Under the pieces are notes generated by a model. It was not told the origin of the DNA and made no database searches. It worked only from the letters and a program-made list of their open reading frames with translations. From positions 29,739 to 93,738 of the forward strand of contig JAOATK010000004.1 of the NCBI GenBank assembly GCA_030158115.1: a DNA stretch of 64,000 nt. Direction: 5' to 3'. This stretch comes from Legionella sp. (GTDB lineage Bacteria; Pseudomonadota; Gammaproteobacteria; Legionellales; Legionellaceae). This document shows positions 52,221 through 63,300 of this stretch, piece by piece. How positions within the stretch are numbered: position 1 is the stretch's first letter; every line of letters starts with the position of its first letter. The position numbers and the translations under genes are program-made.

Positions 52221-53458
52221 GATTGAAAGCCTTGGTTAGAAAGTAAACAAAATTGAAGTTGGGCGTACACTCTTTTTAAAGACTCTAGATTAATATCTTT
52301 TCCAACCGCTTGGAGTATCCGCTCACTTAAATTACCTAAAGATAAGATTTGTTCTAAAGCCAGTTGTTCTTGTAACTCAAGCGCAGTACTGTTTTTTTCA
52401 ATCAGTTGCGACCAGATATCGCGCAATGTTTTTAAATGGGTTGGTAGTTGCCATTGAATAAATAGTTTGGGGTCATCTACTGGAGTAGATAATCCGCTTT
52501 TGATGGACTGATCAAAAAGATTTTTCAGGCGTTTTGTTTCACAAGGATTTTCTAAATAATACGAAGAGGTTTCGCACCAATTTTTTAATACAGCATTGAT
52601 AATTTTCGCAATAGCAAGATCCGCAGTCACACATTCTTGGCTATCTAAGATACGAATTTCAATCGCTTTATGGGCAAATTTTGGAATAGAGGCGCGTGAG
52701 TTTAACCAGGAATGTTGCAATATGCCCATGGGATCTAAAGCGCTAATGTCTTGATACATGGGGTTTAGGATTTTTTCTTGGTATTCCTTTTCTGTTTTAA
52801 TAAATTCAGGAATAATCTCCCCGCTTATCGAAGGAATACGTTTTTGATTTTCACTGTAAAAATACAGGCGCGAATCTAATAAGCCAGTCGGTTTTCCATC
52901 AAGAATAGGAGTGCTTGCGGCAAGAGCAGGAAGCAGAGGCAGTATTAACCTGATGCTATTATGTAGCTGACAAAATTCCTCATCGTTAGCATAGGGTAAA
53001 TTGACATGCATACTTTGTAAATTAGACCAGCCATGACCTTTGCAGTCAAAAATGGTGTCATATTGTTGGTATATTTCATTATTCCCATGTGGCCAGCGTA
53101 CAGTTTCTGTATGAGGATTCATCCAAGGGTGTGCACCTGATGGCATTAACAAGAGATGGTGTTCTGCGAGGAGTGGTTGAATGTCCAAAATGGTTTTTTG
53201 AAATTGTTCTACAATAGGTGCTGAGGGTGGTTTAGGCCCGTTGGTTTTTAACTCCAGTACGTGCATAACTAATTCATTGCTGATCGCAATATCACCCAAG
53301 GCTACTTCTTCAACTTGCTCTCCTGCTAATGCTTTAAGAATAAGATCGCTTTTGGGCTGGATATTGAGATGTTCTTTATCTACTAGCATGTACTCTATCT
53401 CAATACCAAGCACAGAAAAAATAGGGAAATTAAACATACCCATGTTTCCTACGTACAC
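52217..53458 (-). CDS. Glutamate-cysteine-ligase family 2 (GCS2 / carboxylate-amine ligase-like) protein
   Basis: GIEIEYMLVD start of the GCS2 fold and the internal HVNLPY. The true start is possibly ATG 53437-53443. Confidence 0.7.
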   Translation of the reverse strand: MYVGNMGMFNFPIFSVLGIEIEYMLVDKEHLNIQPKSDLILKALAGEQVEEVALGDIAISNELVMHVLELKTNGPKPPSAPIVEQFQKTILDIQPLLAEHHLLLMPSGAHPWMNPHTETVRWPHGNNEIYQQYDTIFDCKGHGWSNLQSMHVNLPYANDEEFCQLHNSIRLILPLLPALAASTPILDGKPTGLLDSRLYFYSENQKRIPSISGEIIPEFIKTEKEYQEKILNPMYQDISALDPMGILQHSWLNSRASIPKFAHKAIEIRILDSQECVTADLAIAKIINAVLKNWCETSSYYLENPCETKRLKNLFDQSIKSGLSTPVDDPKLFIQWQLPTHLKTLRDIWSQLIEKNSTALELQEQLALEQILSLGNLSERILQAVGKDINLESLKRVYAQLQFCLLSNQGFQS

Positions 53459-54884
53459 GTTGTAAAAAGAGACTCATAATTTGTTGATATAAATTTTCGC
53501 CCAAAATTTTATCTTCAATGCCATGATCTATATTGGGATTATCATTGATTTCAATCACGTAGCACACATCTCCTTTGGTTTTAATATCCACTCCATATAA
53601 TCCATCACCAATTAATTTGGTGCATTTTAAAGCGGTTTTAATAATAACTGGGGGAACCTCATGCAGAGGAATAGCTTCTGATTTCCCTTCTTTTGCAGCG
53701 CCGGTTCCCTGCCAATCATAAATTTGCCAGTGATTTTCGGCCATGAAATAGCGACAAGCAAAAAGAGGTTTATTATCGAGAACGCCAATGCGCCAGTCAA
53801 AATCTGTGGGAATAAATGATTGGGCTAATACTAAGTCTGAGGTTTTAAAAAAATCATGGAGCATCTTTTGCAAAGAATGTTCATCCTCAACTTTTACAAC
53901 GCCAAGTGAAAAAGCGCTGTCTGGTTTTTTTAAAATGCAGGGAAATTCAATGGAGGGTAATTTTTTATCGTGTTTATTAAAAAGAACCGTGTGCGGCGTT
54001 TTTATTTGATGATTATTTAATAAATCGGCCAAGTACACCTTATTAGAGCATTTTATGATGGATTGTGGATCGTCAATTACCACCAAATTTTCTTGATCTG
54101 CTTGGCGTGCTAATCGATAAGTATAATGATTGACAGCGGTAGTTGTTCTAATAAATAAGGCATCGTACTCAGCGATGGCTTTATTGTCATTCTTCTCTAT
54201 GAGATCAACATTAAACCCCATGTCTTCACCGGAAGAAATAAAAAAGTCCAAGGCTTTTTTATTGGAGGGGGTATTCCTTTCTTCAGGATCTATCAAAATT
54301 GCCAGATCATGATAACGCTGTTTCTTACGGCATTGATGAATTCTTTTTCTGGAAAGATAGTTTTTAGCCGCTTCTTGCATAAACTCCAGATGATGTGGTG
54401 GTACATCCATAATTGATAAGGGAGTGATTCGTTTAATGCGCCATTCTTTTTTCATTTCCAATGTGAAGCGCATTAAGGGAAGAGGGAATAAATTGTGTAA
54501 CTGTTTGGCTAAGGCTGTGTAACGTTTTGCTATATTTTGTCCAAAATATAAACTTAAAGTAAATTCTTCCGTTTTAATATCATGTAAACTGTGTTGAATT
54601 TCTTCATTTGTTTCTTGTGAAATGAGTTTTGATAAGCGAGAGTTCAATACGTCCTGAATAGCGTGTACAGATGGAAATGCCCTATGAGAGCGAGCCTGCG
54701 CTAAAAGAGAGATATAATAACCTATCGTTTGATAATTATATGATCGGCAGAGATTAATCACTCGAAAGGATTTACTTTGGTGATATTCATCATCATTTAA
54801 GTAGTTTGAGCTAGAAATTATTGGAGCAAACTCTTTAAGAAATTCCCACTGTTCTGAATCATCCGTAATTATAATTGTTTGCAT
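53430..54884 (-). CDS. RimK-type ATP-grasp ligase with a ~200-aa N-terminal extension
   Basis: C-terminal ATP-grasp region (ILKKPDSAFSLGVVKV..., LYGVDIKTKGDVCYVIEINDNPNIDHGIED). Confidence 0.8.
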   Translation of the reverse strand: MQTIIITDDSEQWEFLKEFAPIISSSNYLNDDEYHQSKSFRVINLCRSYNYQTIGYYISLLAQARSHRAFPSVHAIQDVLNSRLSKLISQETNEEIQHSLHDIKTEEFTLSLYFGQNIAKRYTALAKQLHNLFPLPLMRFTLEMKKEWRIKRITPLSIMDVPPHHLEFMQEAAKNYLSRKRIHQCRKKQRYHDLAILIDPEERNTPSNKKALDFFISSGEDMGFNVDLIEKNDNKAIAEYDALFIRTTTAVNHYTYRLARQADQENLVVIDDPQSIIKCSNKVYLADLLNNHQIKTPHTVLFNKHDKKLPSIEFPCILKKPDSAFSLGVVKVEDEHSLQKMLHDFFKTSDLVLAQSFIPTDFDWRIGVLDNKPLFACRYFMAENHWQIYDWQGTGAAKEGKSEAIPLHEVPPVIIKTALKCTKLIGDGLYGVDIKTKGDVCYVIEINDNPNIDHGIEDKILGENLYQQIMSLFLQRVRRKHGYV

Positions 54885-55107
54885 TTATCCCTCTTTGGAT
54901 TCAATCATGAGTATGATTATAGGTGGCCATAATCATACAACAAAGCTAGTTCTAACTTAGACTTGGAGAAGACGTTTGTCAAATAGGTTTTTTATGTTTT
55001 TAATTTGGATCTAGGGCAGAAGGGTGCTCTGTTTCAAAGCTGATGAAAGCGAAGATTAGAATGGATGCTAGGTTAAAAAAATAAAGTGGGGTCTTGTCTT
55101 GAATAAG

Positions 55108-55147
55108 TAAGTCTGGGTAGCCTGGATTAATCCAGGCTACCCAGACT
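55108..55147 (-). terminator. REP-like hairpin AAGTCTGGGTAGCCTGGA-TTAA-TCCAGGCTACCCAGACTT downstream of the OMP gene
   Basis: Perfect 18-bp stem containing the GTAGCCTGG core shared with the other REP families. Confidence 0.7.
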
Positions 55148-55153
55148 TATTGT

Positions 55154-55819
55154 TTAAAATTTATAAATCAAGGAAAGCTCACCAGCTAAGGTGCTAAATG
55201 TGTTTTTATAAATCTGAACCGTGCCAGCTGTTAAACCTAGACCAGTGTTCTTTTGAGATCCATAAATATCATAAATCGCATCGACCCTCATAGAGAAGCT
55301 TTCGTTAATAACCGTAGTAAATCCTAATCCAGTTTGAAAACCACTTTTGTTATAACCTGTTTTAATAAGGCCGTACACGCCATTATCAGAAATATTAAAT
55401 TTTCCATTGGTATACCCTAAAATAAGATGGCCAGAGGTCATTGGAGTAAATGCGTATTTAGGTAAAACACGTACACCAAGATCATAGCTTTGGTTGTGAT
55501 GATACGTATAAGGTGAATGGGTAATTGCTGCGTTTAACCCAGTTGCATCAGCGAAAAATTCGAGCGCTAAGCCAAGAGTATCATTAAAGCCATATTCATA
55601 ACCCACATAGCCACCACCAATAATTCCTATAGCACCCAATTGATGCGTTTCAGGTGAGGAATAATGCGTTTCTTTATCAACAAAACCCGCTGTTCCAATC
55701 TCTCCAGCTACATAAAATCCATTACGAATAGTGCCTGCAGACTCCCCCATTGTGCCAGCAAATGCACCTGTCCAAGTCAATAAAAGAGCGCTTGTTATTG
55801 TTTTTAACATGTTATTCAT
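55154..55819 (-). CDS. Outer-membrane beta-barrel protein (OmpA-like 8-strand / Opa-type), 221 aa
   Basis: Signal peptide ...GAFAG, alternating beta-strand pattern and a C-terminal ...LSLIYKF with terminal Phe. Confidence 0.75.
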   Translation of the reverse strand: MNNMLKTITSALLLTWTGAFAGTMGESAGTIRNGFYVAGEIGTAGFVDKETHYSSPETHQLGAIGIIGGGYVGYEYGFNDTLGLALEFFADATGLNAAITHSPYTYHHNQSYDLGVRVLPKYAFTPMTSGHLILGYTNGKFNISDNGVYGLIKTGYNKSGFQTGLGFTTVINESFSMRVDAIYDIYGSQKNTGLGLTAGTVQIYKNTFSTLAGELSLIYKF

Positions 55820-56054
55820 TATGTAATCCTTTATCCGTTAAAAAGTATAGAAATCTATAAATCAAAGTGAATGACCTTCTATTGTTGCAAAATTCTTGTG
55901 GAAATTTAAGAGTGTTAGTGAAGATGATAGGCCTAAAGAGGTTTTCGATCCATAGGTCGTATACATCATATTGCCATGAGAGCGGAGTTGGCCGCTCCAT
56001 TTGCCCTAATTTTGTACTACAATATAAGAGGTATGATAAAAAGGAGTTTTAACT

Positions 56055-56465
56055 ATGAACGATTCATTGCATTCTTTATTTTTGGCTCAAGCTATGGGTT
56101 TGTATTTTGTAATAGTCGCAATTATTATGTTGACCCGAGCGCGTTATTATCAAAATATTTTAACTCGAGCCCATGCTGGAAGTTCTTCCATAGTGGTGGC
56201 CGGAACGATAGGGCTAATTCTAGGTATCCTCCTGGTATTAGTACATAATATTTGGGTCATGGATATAGAAGTACTCATTACCATGGTGGCATGGCTAGTA
56301 TTGATCAAGTCCATTTTATGGCTTGGGTTCCCTGAAATGATGGCAGACTATACGCACAAGGTCTATCAAGGGCCTGGTTACTACCTTCTTGCGATTCTTG
56401 CAGGTATTTTGGGTATTATTTTGATGTCCTATGGTTTTTATCATTTTGGTTTTAATAAAATGTAG
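56055..56465 (+). CDS. Hypothetical 4-TM membrane protein (136 aa)
   Basis: AAAGGAG SD 7 nt upstream and four hydrophobic helices. Confidence 0.6.
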   Translation: MNDSLHSLFLAQAMGLYFVIVAIIMLTRARYYQNILTRAHAGSSSIVVAGTIGLILGILLVLVHNIWVMDIEVLITMVAWLVLIKSILWLGFPEMMADYTHKVYQGPGYYLLAILAGILGIILMSYGFYHFGFNKM

Positions 56466-56494
56466 AGGAATTTTTATTAAAAGTTCTCTCTTAA

Positions 56495-56544
56495 TATCTT
56501 TCGCGTCCTAAAGAGGTTGAAATCTCTTTAAGGCGGGAAAGATA
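56495..56544. terminator. Imperfect hairpin between convergent genes
   Basis: TATCTTTCGCGTCCTAAAGAG-8 nt-CTCTTTAAGGCGGGAAAGATA, with 3 mismatches in 21 bp. Confidence 0.5.
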
Positions 56545-56560
56545 TACTGGCTTGCAAGTA

Positions 56561-57541
56561 TTAATATACTTGATTAATGAGATTACCTTGTTCAAATGAC
56601 GTGATATTGTTTACGGTGGTTTTAACAATATTTTCTATTGCTTCTTGGGTCAGGAATGCTTGATGAGGCGTAATAATAACATTGGGTAATGAACGCAATT
56701 TTAAAAATAATTCGTCATGGATAATTTCTCCTGAGTGATCTTTAAAAAACAGATCTTTTTCTTTTTCATACACATCCAAGCCGGCATAACCTAAATGACC
56801 TGATTCAAGAGCTTGAATCAATGCACCAGTATCACATAATGCTCCCCGACCGGTATTAATCAACATAGCGTTTTTTTTCACTTTAGAGCACGTTTCTTCA
56901 TTCATCAAATGCATCGTTTGTTCATTTAGAGGACAGTGAAGACTGATAATATCTGATTCACGCAGTAAATAATCTAACGAAACATAATTAACATTTAAAT
57001 TCCTGCAAATATCATTGGGCTCTGGATCAACAGCAAGTAGCCGGCACCCAAAACCGTTCATAATTTTAATAAACGCAGTTCCTATATTTCCTGTACCAAT
57101 TACACCCACTGTTTTTTTATAAAGATTAAAGCCTATCAATCCGTCCAACGAAAAATTATTATCTAGACCTTGCAAATAGGATTTAAGAATTTTTCTGTTT
57201 AATATTAAAATTAAGGCCGCAGCAAATTCGGCAATAGCTTCTGGTGAGTATTTGGGAACACGGACAACAGTTATTCCAGCTAACTTTGCAGCAGTTAAAT
57301 CCACATGATCAAATCCAGCCGAACGAAGAGCAATTAACTTAATTTTGTTGCGCTCTAGTTTATTAATCATTTCACTATTTAAACAATCGGTTACAAAGCA
57401 AGAAATCCCATCACATCCTTTTGCTTTTTCAATCGTTATCAATGACAAGGCCTCAGTCACAAATACAAGATGATGTTTGTGTTCAAGGGTATTAAAAATA
57501 GTCTTTTCGTAATCTTTTGTATTGTATACCGCTATCTTCAT
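56561..57541 (-). CDS. ldhA: D-isomer-specific 2-hydroxyacid (D-lactate) dehydrogenase
   Basis: MKIAVYNTKDYE..., NAD-binding site VGVIGTGNIGTAF, and the catalytic region ...NTGRGAL...LDVYE...ITPHQAF. Confidence 0.85.
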   Translation of the reverse strand: MKIAVYNTKDYEKTIFNTLEHKHHLVFVTEALSLITIEKAKGCDGISCFVTDCLNSEMINKLERNKIKLIALRSAGFDHVDLTAAKLAGITVVRVPKYSPEAIAEFAAALILILNRKILKSYLQGLDNNFSLDGLIGFNLYKKTVGVIGTGNIGTAFIKIMNGFGCRLLAVDPEPNDICRNLNVNYVSLDYLLRESDIISLHCPLNEQTMHLMNEETCSKVKKNAMLINTGRGALCDTGALIQALESGHLGYAGLDVYEKEKDLFFKDHSGEIIHDELFLKLRSLPNVIITPHQAFLTQEAIENIVKTTVNNITSFEQGNLINQVY

Positions 57542-58178
57542 AAAAAGCCCCATGGATATTTTTGCTGCGCATAATGAGACAGTGCAGAAGGAAAAGAAAC
57601 GACGTAAACCGTTAAAGATAGGGGATGAAATCTATTGATGACTTATATCGCAACCCTAATTTATTAACCATGTTATCTATTCTTGTCTTCAGCTCCCGAT
57701 CCTTTGGTATATCTTGTACAAAAGCATGAACAGCATAAGAAACCCCTCCATAATGTTGTATGTCAACCGATAATTCCCATATTTGCGTGCAATATACATC
57801 ACCATTTCTTGGAGTTAACTCGGCCTTTTTTCATGTTAATGGTCGAGTTAACTTCGACACCAAACATCTTGGCAACTTCTGTTACAACTGTTGAGATTAA
57901 TAGCCGTTTATAAGCCTGAGAATAACGTGGTATTTCTGTAGATGGTTTAACCAGCCTGAGTGAATCTATAAATGAATCATCACTTAAATTATACGCTGAG
58001 ATCTGGACAAAATAGTTGTCCAAAAAAATAAAAAAAGTATACAACAACTAGAATAAATTCATCAATAGATTAGATTTTCTTTCCTGGCATAGTGCTTTTC
58101 AATAGATATTAAAGACAACTAGTTGCGCATGCGTATTTATTGTAAATAGACATCTAAGAGATAACCTGATAGTTTTAA

Positions 58179-59528
58179 ATGTTTTTATGTGCAGTTTATA
58201 TTTGTTTAGGATTTTTATTAATCATGTCTACAGCCTCTGAAAGTATTACAACCAAAAATATTCCTATGATTTTTTTACCTTGGATTGTATGGTTATTGGG
58301 CTGCGTCTTTTATTTTTATGAATTTTTACTACAGGTGTCTCCCAGTGTAATGGGTACTGAGTTAATGCGGGATTTTTCAATTACAGGCCAAACACTTGGT
58401 GTTTTATCTGGATTTTATTATTACTCATATACTCCCATGCAATTACCCTGCGGAATATTAATGGACCGTTTTGGTCCACATCGAATGCTTACTTTGGCAA
58501 CAATTATCTGTGCTTTAAGTACGCTTGCTTTTTCAATGACTGATAATTTACTAACCGCTTTTATGGCACGTTTGATGATAGGTTTTGGCTCAGCATTTGC
58601 CGCAGTGGGTACAATGAAGCTTGCTTCCAACTGGTTTTCAACCAAGCGTTTTGCTTTACTCACAGGTCTTATGGTGACGATAGGAATGCTGGGCGCGATA
58701 GGTGGTGAAGCGCCTCTGGCTCTATTAGTCGATCATTACGGTTGGCGGCAAAGTATGTTTGGAATAGGTGTTACAGGTCTTGTCCTTGCCTTTTGTATAT
58801 TCGTAATAGTAAAAGATCATCCGGTACAATCACTAGACTCTTTCGTAGATGTAGAGACTATTGAACAGGTCTCTATGTTGCGCAGTTTATTTGTTTTAGT
58901 AAAAAACAAACAGTTATGGCTAGTAGCTATTTATGGTAGTTTAATGTTCATGGCAACGCCAGTATTTTGCGGGTTGTGGGGCGTACCTTTTCTGATGCTC
59001 AAAATGGATATTGTAAAAGCCACCGCTGCTAATTATGTTTCTCTAGTTTTTATTGGTTGGGCAATTGCGAGTCCTTTATGGGGAATCTACTCTAATCGTA
59101 TCGGTTTGAGAAAACCTCCCTTGTATATTGGAGCGATTGGTGCGGTGATAAGCTCGATGTTGTTTATCTATGCTCCAATTAACGCCTCATGGATAATGGA
59201 ATTTTTGCTGTTTGCTTTCGGGATATTTTCAGCGGGGTTCCTCCCTTCATTTTCAGTTGCAAAAGAGTTATGTAGTAAACATTATGTGGCTACGGGATTG
59301 GGTTTCATGAATATGTTTAATATGATAGGTATTGCGTTCTCACAGCCATTTATTGGCTATGTTTTAGATAAAATGTGGCAAGGTGATTTAGTCAATAATG
59401 TGCGTATTTATCCTTTGGAAGCTTATTATAAAGGGTTGGCAATTTTACCCATTGGCATGCTCCTAGCTTTGCTTATTTTGCCCTTCATTCGCGAGACTCA
59501 TTGTCGAGCAGTAGAAGATTCTGTTTAA
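58179..59528 (+). CDS. MFS transporter
   Basis: About 12 TM helices and the MFS loop motif (GILMDRFGPHRM). Start may be ATG 58224. Confidence 0.8.
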   Translation: MFLCAVYICLGFLLIMSTASESITTKNIPMIFLPWIVWLLGCVFYFYEFLLQVSPSVMGTELMRDFSITGQTLGVLSGFYYYSYTPMQLPCGILMDRFGPHRMLTLATIICALSTLAFSMTDNLLTAFMARLMIGFGSAFAAVGTMKLASNWFSTKRFALLTGLMVTIGMLGAIGGEAPLALLVDHYGWRQSMFGIGVTGLVLAFCIFVIVKDHPVQSLDSFVDVETIEQVSMLRSLFVLVKNKQLWLVAIYGSLMFMATPVFCGLWGVPFLMLKMDIVKATAANYVSLVFIGWAIASPLWGIYSNRIGLRKPPLYIGAIGAVISSMLFIYAPINASWIMEFLLFAFGIFSAGFLPSFSVAKELCSKHYVATGLGFMNMFNMIGIAFSQPFIGYVLDKMWQGDLVNNVRIYPLEAYYKGLAILPIGMLLALLILPFIRETHCRAVEDSV

Positions 59529-59787
59529 TCTATTTGGATGCGTCAGGGAACTGGCGATCCAATCAAATATTTCTTAATGCAATTATAGAGGGGCTAAGGG
59601 TTAATTCTAGATGAGCCATCGCTTTTTTAGACCAATGATGACTTCAGTTTGCTTATGCCCCCTGACCAATATACTTCATAACACCAGAATCAGTTTGTAA
59701 ATCATATAAATTATTAAAATCCTCTGCTTGAGGAGTCTTAGTGATTCAATTTATTGTTTCTAAAAATACACTCATGATCTTTTCTTG

Positions 59788-60294
59788 TTATTCGTAGAGT
59801 AAAGCCATGCTAATTTGGTTCTCATACTTAGTGTCAATACGCACAGCATTTCGATGAAGGCCTTCTATCAAAAAACCTTCTTTTTCATACAAAGCAATTG
59901 CTCGTTTATTTTTTTCTCGTACGGTTAGCTCAATTCGAGTTAATCCTATTTCTTTGGCTTGATCAAGCGCTGCACGTATCAAGGCGAGTCCAATACCTTG
60001 TTCTCGATAAGGTCCTAAGACACCAATTCCTAAGCTACCTGTATGAGCAAAGGCATGGCGATGAAGCGATGTAATATCGCACCATCCAACTACCTTTCCT
60101 TCCACAAGGGCTATAAAGTGTGGCCAGTTACCCTGAATATTCTCTAAAACAAACGATCGGGCCATTTCTAAGGGTGGCCCTTCTAAAAAGGCTAAATATT
60201 TATGTTCTCGAGCAACACTATCTACTGCTGCTCTAAAGCCTTCAATGTGCTCTTCTGTAATTGGAAGAATTTGATAATTTAGCACGTTAGTCAC
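59788..60294 (-). CDS. GNAT-family N-acetyltransferase
   Basis: 168 aa with acetyl-CoA motif A (YREQGIGLALIRAAL). Confidence 0.85.
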   Translation of the reverse strand: MTNVLNYQILPITEEHIEGFRAAVDSVAREHKYLAFLEGPPLEMARSFVLENIQGNWPHFIALVEGKVVGWCDITSLHRHAFAHTGSLGIGVLGPYREQGIGLALIRAALDQAKEIGLTRIELTVREKNKRAIALYEKEGFLIEGLHRNAVRIDTKYENQISMALLYE

Positions 60295-60397
60295 TAATAA
60301 ATTTGAAAAGATGATTATAACGAAGAAAAGGAAATAGGAAATATTGTGGGCAGAGGTATTGCAACTCTAATCTGCCCACAAGACAGCTATACCTAGC

Positions 60398-63300
60398 CTA
60401 TCGTTCATATCCACTAGAGCGCTTTACAGGCATACTGTTAAGAAGCTCATTAAAATCTACAGTTGAAATAGCTTGGCTCAGCTGTTGAGAAGTCAAAACC
60501 GCAGTTTCTAGAGTATTCACTGCCTTAGCACTTGTACCATATCCTTCTGGCGCGGTTCTTACTAGTGTCAAAAACTCACCAAGGCTTGCAGGCGGGCTAA
60601 AATGCACTGGTGCCCAATTGCGATGAGTGCCGCATATGGATTTAATAAGGGTTAACAACTTGGTTTGATTAGCTACATCAATAATCCAACTATCATCCTG
60701 TTTGTTAACAAATGTTTCTAACGCGCGTAGCACCTGCACTTTTTGAGACCTAGAACCACCAGAAGTCCATCTTGGTTTATTTCCTGACTCAACATTTTGA
60801 GCTAATGCCTTTAACAAATCGGTATAATTATTTTTAAAAGGTGGAGTGGTAGTCAACAGCACTTGCTCTTGTTGAGCTTTTACCTTAACTTCATCCAAAG
60901 ACAAGGCTGAGTTAGATACTGTATTATGCTGTGGTACCGTTACCTCGGGATTTTCTTGTTCTTTTTTACCTATGTGGCCTAGATTTTCTCCAGGCTCGGC
61001 CTGCAAAGTTGTTATGTCGCTCTGTGCATTAGCTATTTCTACAACCGTTTCTTCGGGTAGCTCTGAAAGTTCTAAATAAGCATCAAGGTCTTTGCGAAAA
61101 TCCTCTCGATATTGTTGGTACGTGCTTCCACTTAAACCTTGCTCTGCTTGTAACCACTCATCAACATGTGATTTCAATTCAGCTTGCGACCCAACTGCTG
61201 CCTCATATTGCTGTAGAAAAGCACCAAGTGATGCAGCTACAGTGCTCCTTACTAAAGACAGATTCACAGCTGTATCGGTGGGAATTTCAGCAGACGTGCT
61301 TTGCACATCAATTGGAATTTCACGGTCAATATGAGCACCTTCAAGTCTGCCTTGTAATATACCAACGGCAATGTGTTGTAACTTCCCTGGGTTACAAACC
61401 ACGGCACCATCTTCATAAGCATCAGCTAAGTTTAGGATTAAGCCAACCCTAGCATTTTCTCTATCTGTAGCCAAAGCTTTTGCATCAGTAATCCCCATAA
61501 ACTCGCCATATTGGATATAGTGCCAACAACGTGCCAAAAATTCTTTGCCAGTAATATTTAGGTCATAACTGGTTATCACAGTATCTGCAGATAACGGTGC
61601 AAACCCTTCTGTTTGTGATGATGCTAACCCTAAAACAAACTGAGCAGAGGTTCTTTTAAAAGTGCTTGGAAAGTCATCTAAATAAGCTATCAATGCCGCA
61701 TAATCATTATCAATCTGACTTGTGTCGTAAGGCAAAGCGAGTAACTGTTTTAGCGCATTCCCGGTGCCGCCTTCTCTACCTTCAGCGTGCACGTTGATCG
61801 CTCTAGCATTAGCTACTGCTGCCTGATGCATATTGCCTAGTTGGTTAGTCGGTGTTCCTAATATCTGAAGCATTTGCTTGTAATATTCTTGGGGATTTTG
61901 TGGCATCAAATCACGTGCAATCTCATCTTGAACCACTGCGATGCGTGCCAAACGTTCATTGTCATCATAAGTTGGCATGATCCTATCAATCCGATACTCT
62001 TGTTTGGTTATTTCATATAGTGCATGCATCACACATCCTCGGTCTTCTGCGGGCAACGGCGGAGCAAACAAGGGTTGTGCTAAAGCATAAATGTTCTCCC
62101 ATTGACGTACAGAGGGGATTTGAGCCAGGCCGTAAATCACATGTTCATCATTAATATTATATTCATCAACAAAAGCGCACAAAAAATGAAAGTGTTGTGA
62201 TGAAATATTTTCAAGTTTTCTTAAGTTCCAAAAATCGGAGATGTTGCGTCTAACAATAAGATCAGCACATGCCGCCCATTCTTCTGGTACTCTGCTTGCT
62301 ATAGCAGAAAGTTGTTTCACATGTGTTAACTGATTTTCTTCAATCAGGGCTGTAAAACGTGGCCAGTATTCGATCGGAACTTTTCTAAAAGTTGAAACGT
62401 TAAAGCTTTTTAGTTGATATTTCTGAATGAAATCGAATAGGTAGCCACGTTGAAGAGCAGACATTTGTGCATATTCATTTATCATCTCAAATTCGTGAAT
62501 TTGATTGACATCAAGAAAACGATTAAATTCGGGCCAGTCTTCATCAGAAATTTTAATCAATGCATCAATGGTATATGTTGATAATTTTGTGTTACCAGGC
62601 TGCACATGGCGTTCAATGAAGTTAGAAACTCTAGGCCATATGTCTTCGGGCATCGTTCTAAAAGCAGAAATACTTAAATTATGCTTACAAACAAAATCCC
62701 AAATCAGTTGTCTTAATGCTTGTGCTATATCTACCAATACATTTTTAGCATCCCAATCATCAACTTTATTCGTAGCAATAAACCTTATGTAATCCAAACA
62801 GGCTGTAGCTGGCATCTTGGCCAATTCACCTAATACGTAATCACTAACCTCTACCTGCTTTAAGAAATTGTCTATTTCCGGCCAAAATTCTGGCGTATGC
62901 TGTTGAAAAATCAACCCACCTTTTAAGCCATTAATATCGTATTGCTTTGCCTTGCAAAAATGAATGAAATGTTCTCGATATTGCGCAGGCATTGCTACTA
63001 AAGCTCGCCAAATTTTAGGTTTTTGCAACAAGTCATGGTCTTCAACTAGCTGGATTAAAGGATGAAGCTCCTCAGCGCTCACGTTTGATAAAGCAAATAA
63101 TACCTCACCACTTGTTATATTGCGCTGCGTGGCAAAATCAATCACCATAGTCAGCAGGTCTAAGGGCATTTGAGACAGCGTACGGATTGTGCCGCCGTCG
63201 AATTTATTTCGACACGTAGTACTCAAAAACGTTGAAATGATAGCCCATTTGTCAACTGAAATACGGCTTAATTCATAAATGCACTGTTGTTCATTAAATG

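Noticed and set aside
54885-55107. Several GGA motifs (TTGGATTC, TTGGAGAA, TTGGATCT, AGGGCAGAAGGG, ATGGATGC) in the spacer upstream of the ATP-grasp operon, considered as an RsmY/RsmZ-like CsrA-sponge sRNA.
   Set aside because: I could not fold the motifs into hairpin loops by eye. There is no clear promoter/terminator pair, and the region is also the 5' UTR/promoter of the minus-strand operon. The evidence is insufficient.
55812-56248. ORFs 55812-56000 (-), 55867-56052 (+) and 55976-56248 (+) around the OMP/membrane-protein spacer, and ORF 37961-38167 (-) upstream of the synthetase.
   Set aside because: They are short, mutually overlapping, lack an SD and have no recognisable features. They lie in promoter regions or overlap better-supported genes.
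57554-58178. A 625-bp spacer with ORFs 57683-57913 (+) and 57799-58047 (-). The minus ORF C-terminus (SQAYKRLLISTVVTEVAKMFGVEVNSTINMKKGRVNSKK) faintly resembles HU/IHF-family proteins.
   Set aside because: The resemblance is weak and the N-terminal half does not fit. There is no SD, and the two ORFs overlap each other. At most this is a decayed remnant. A BLASTX/HHpred search would be needed.
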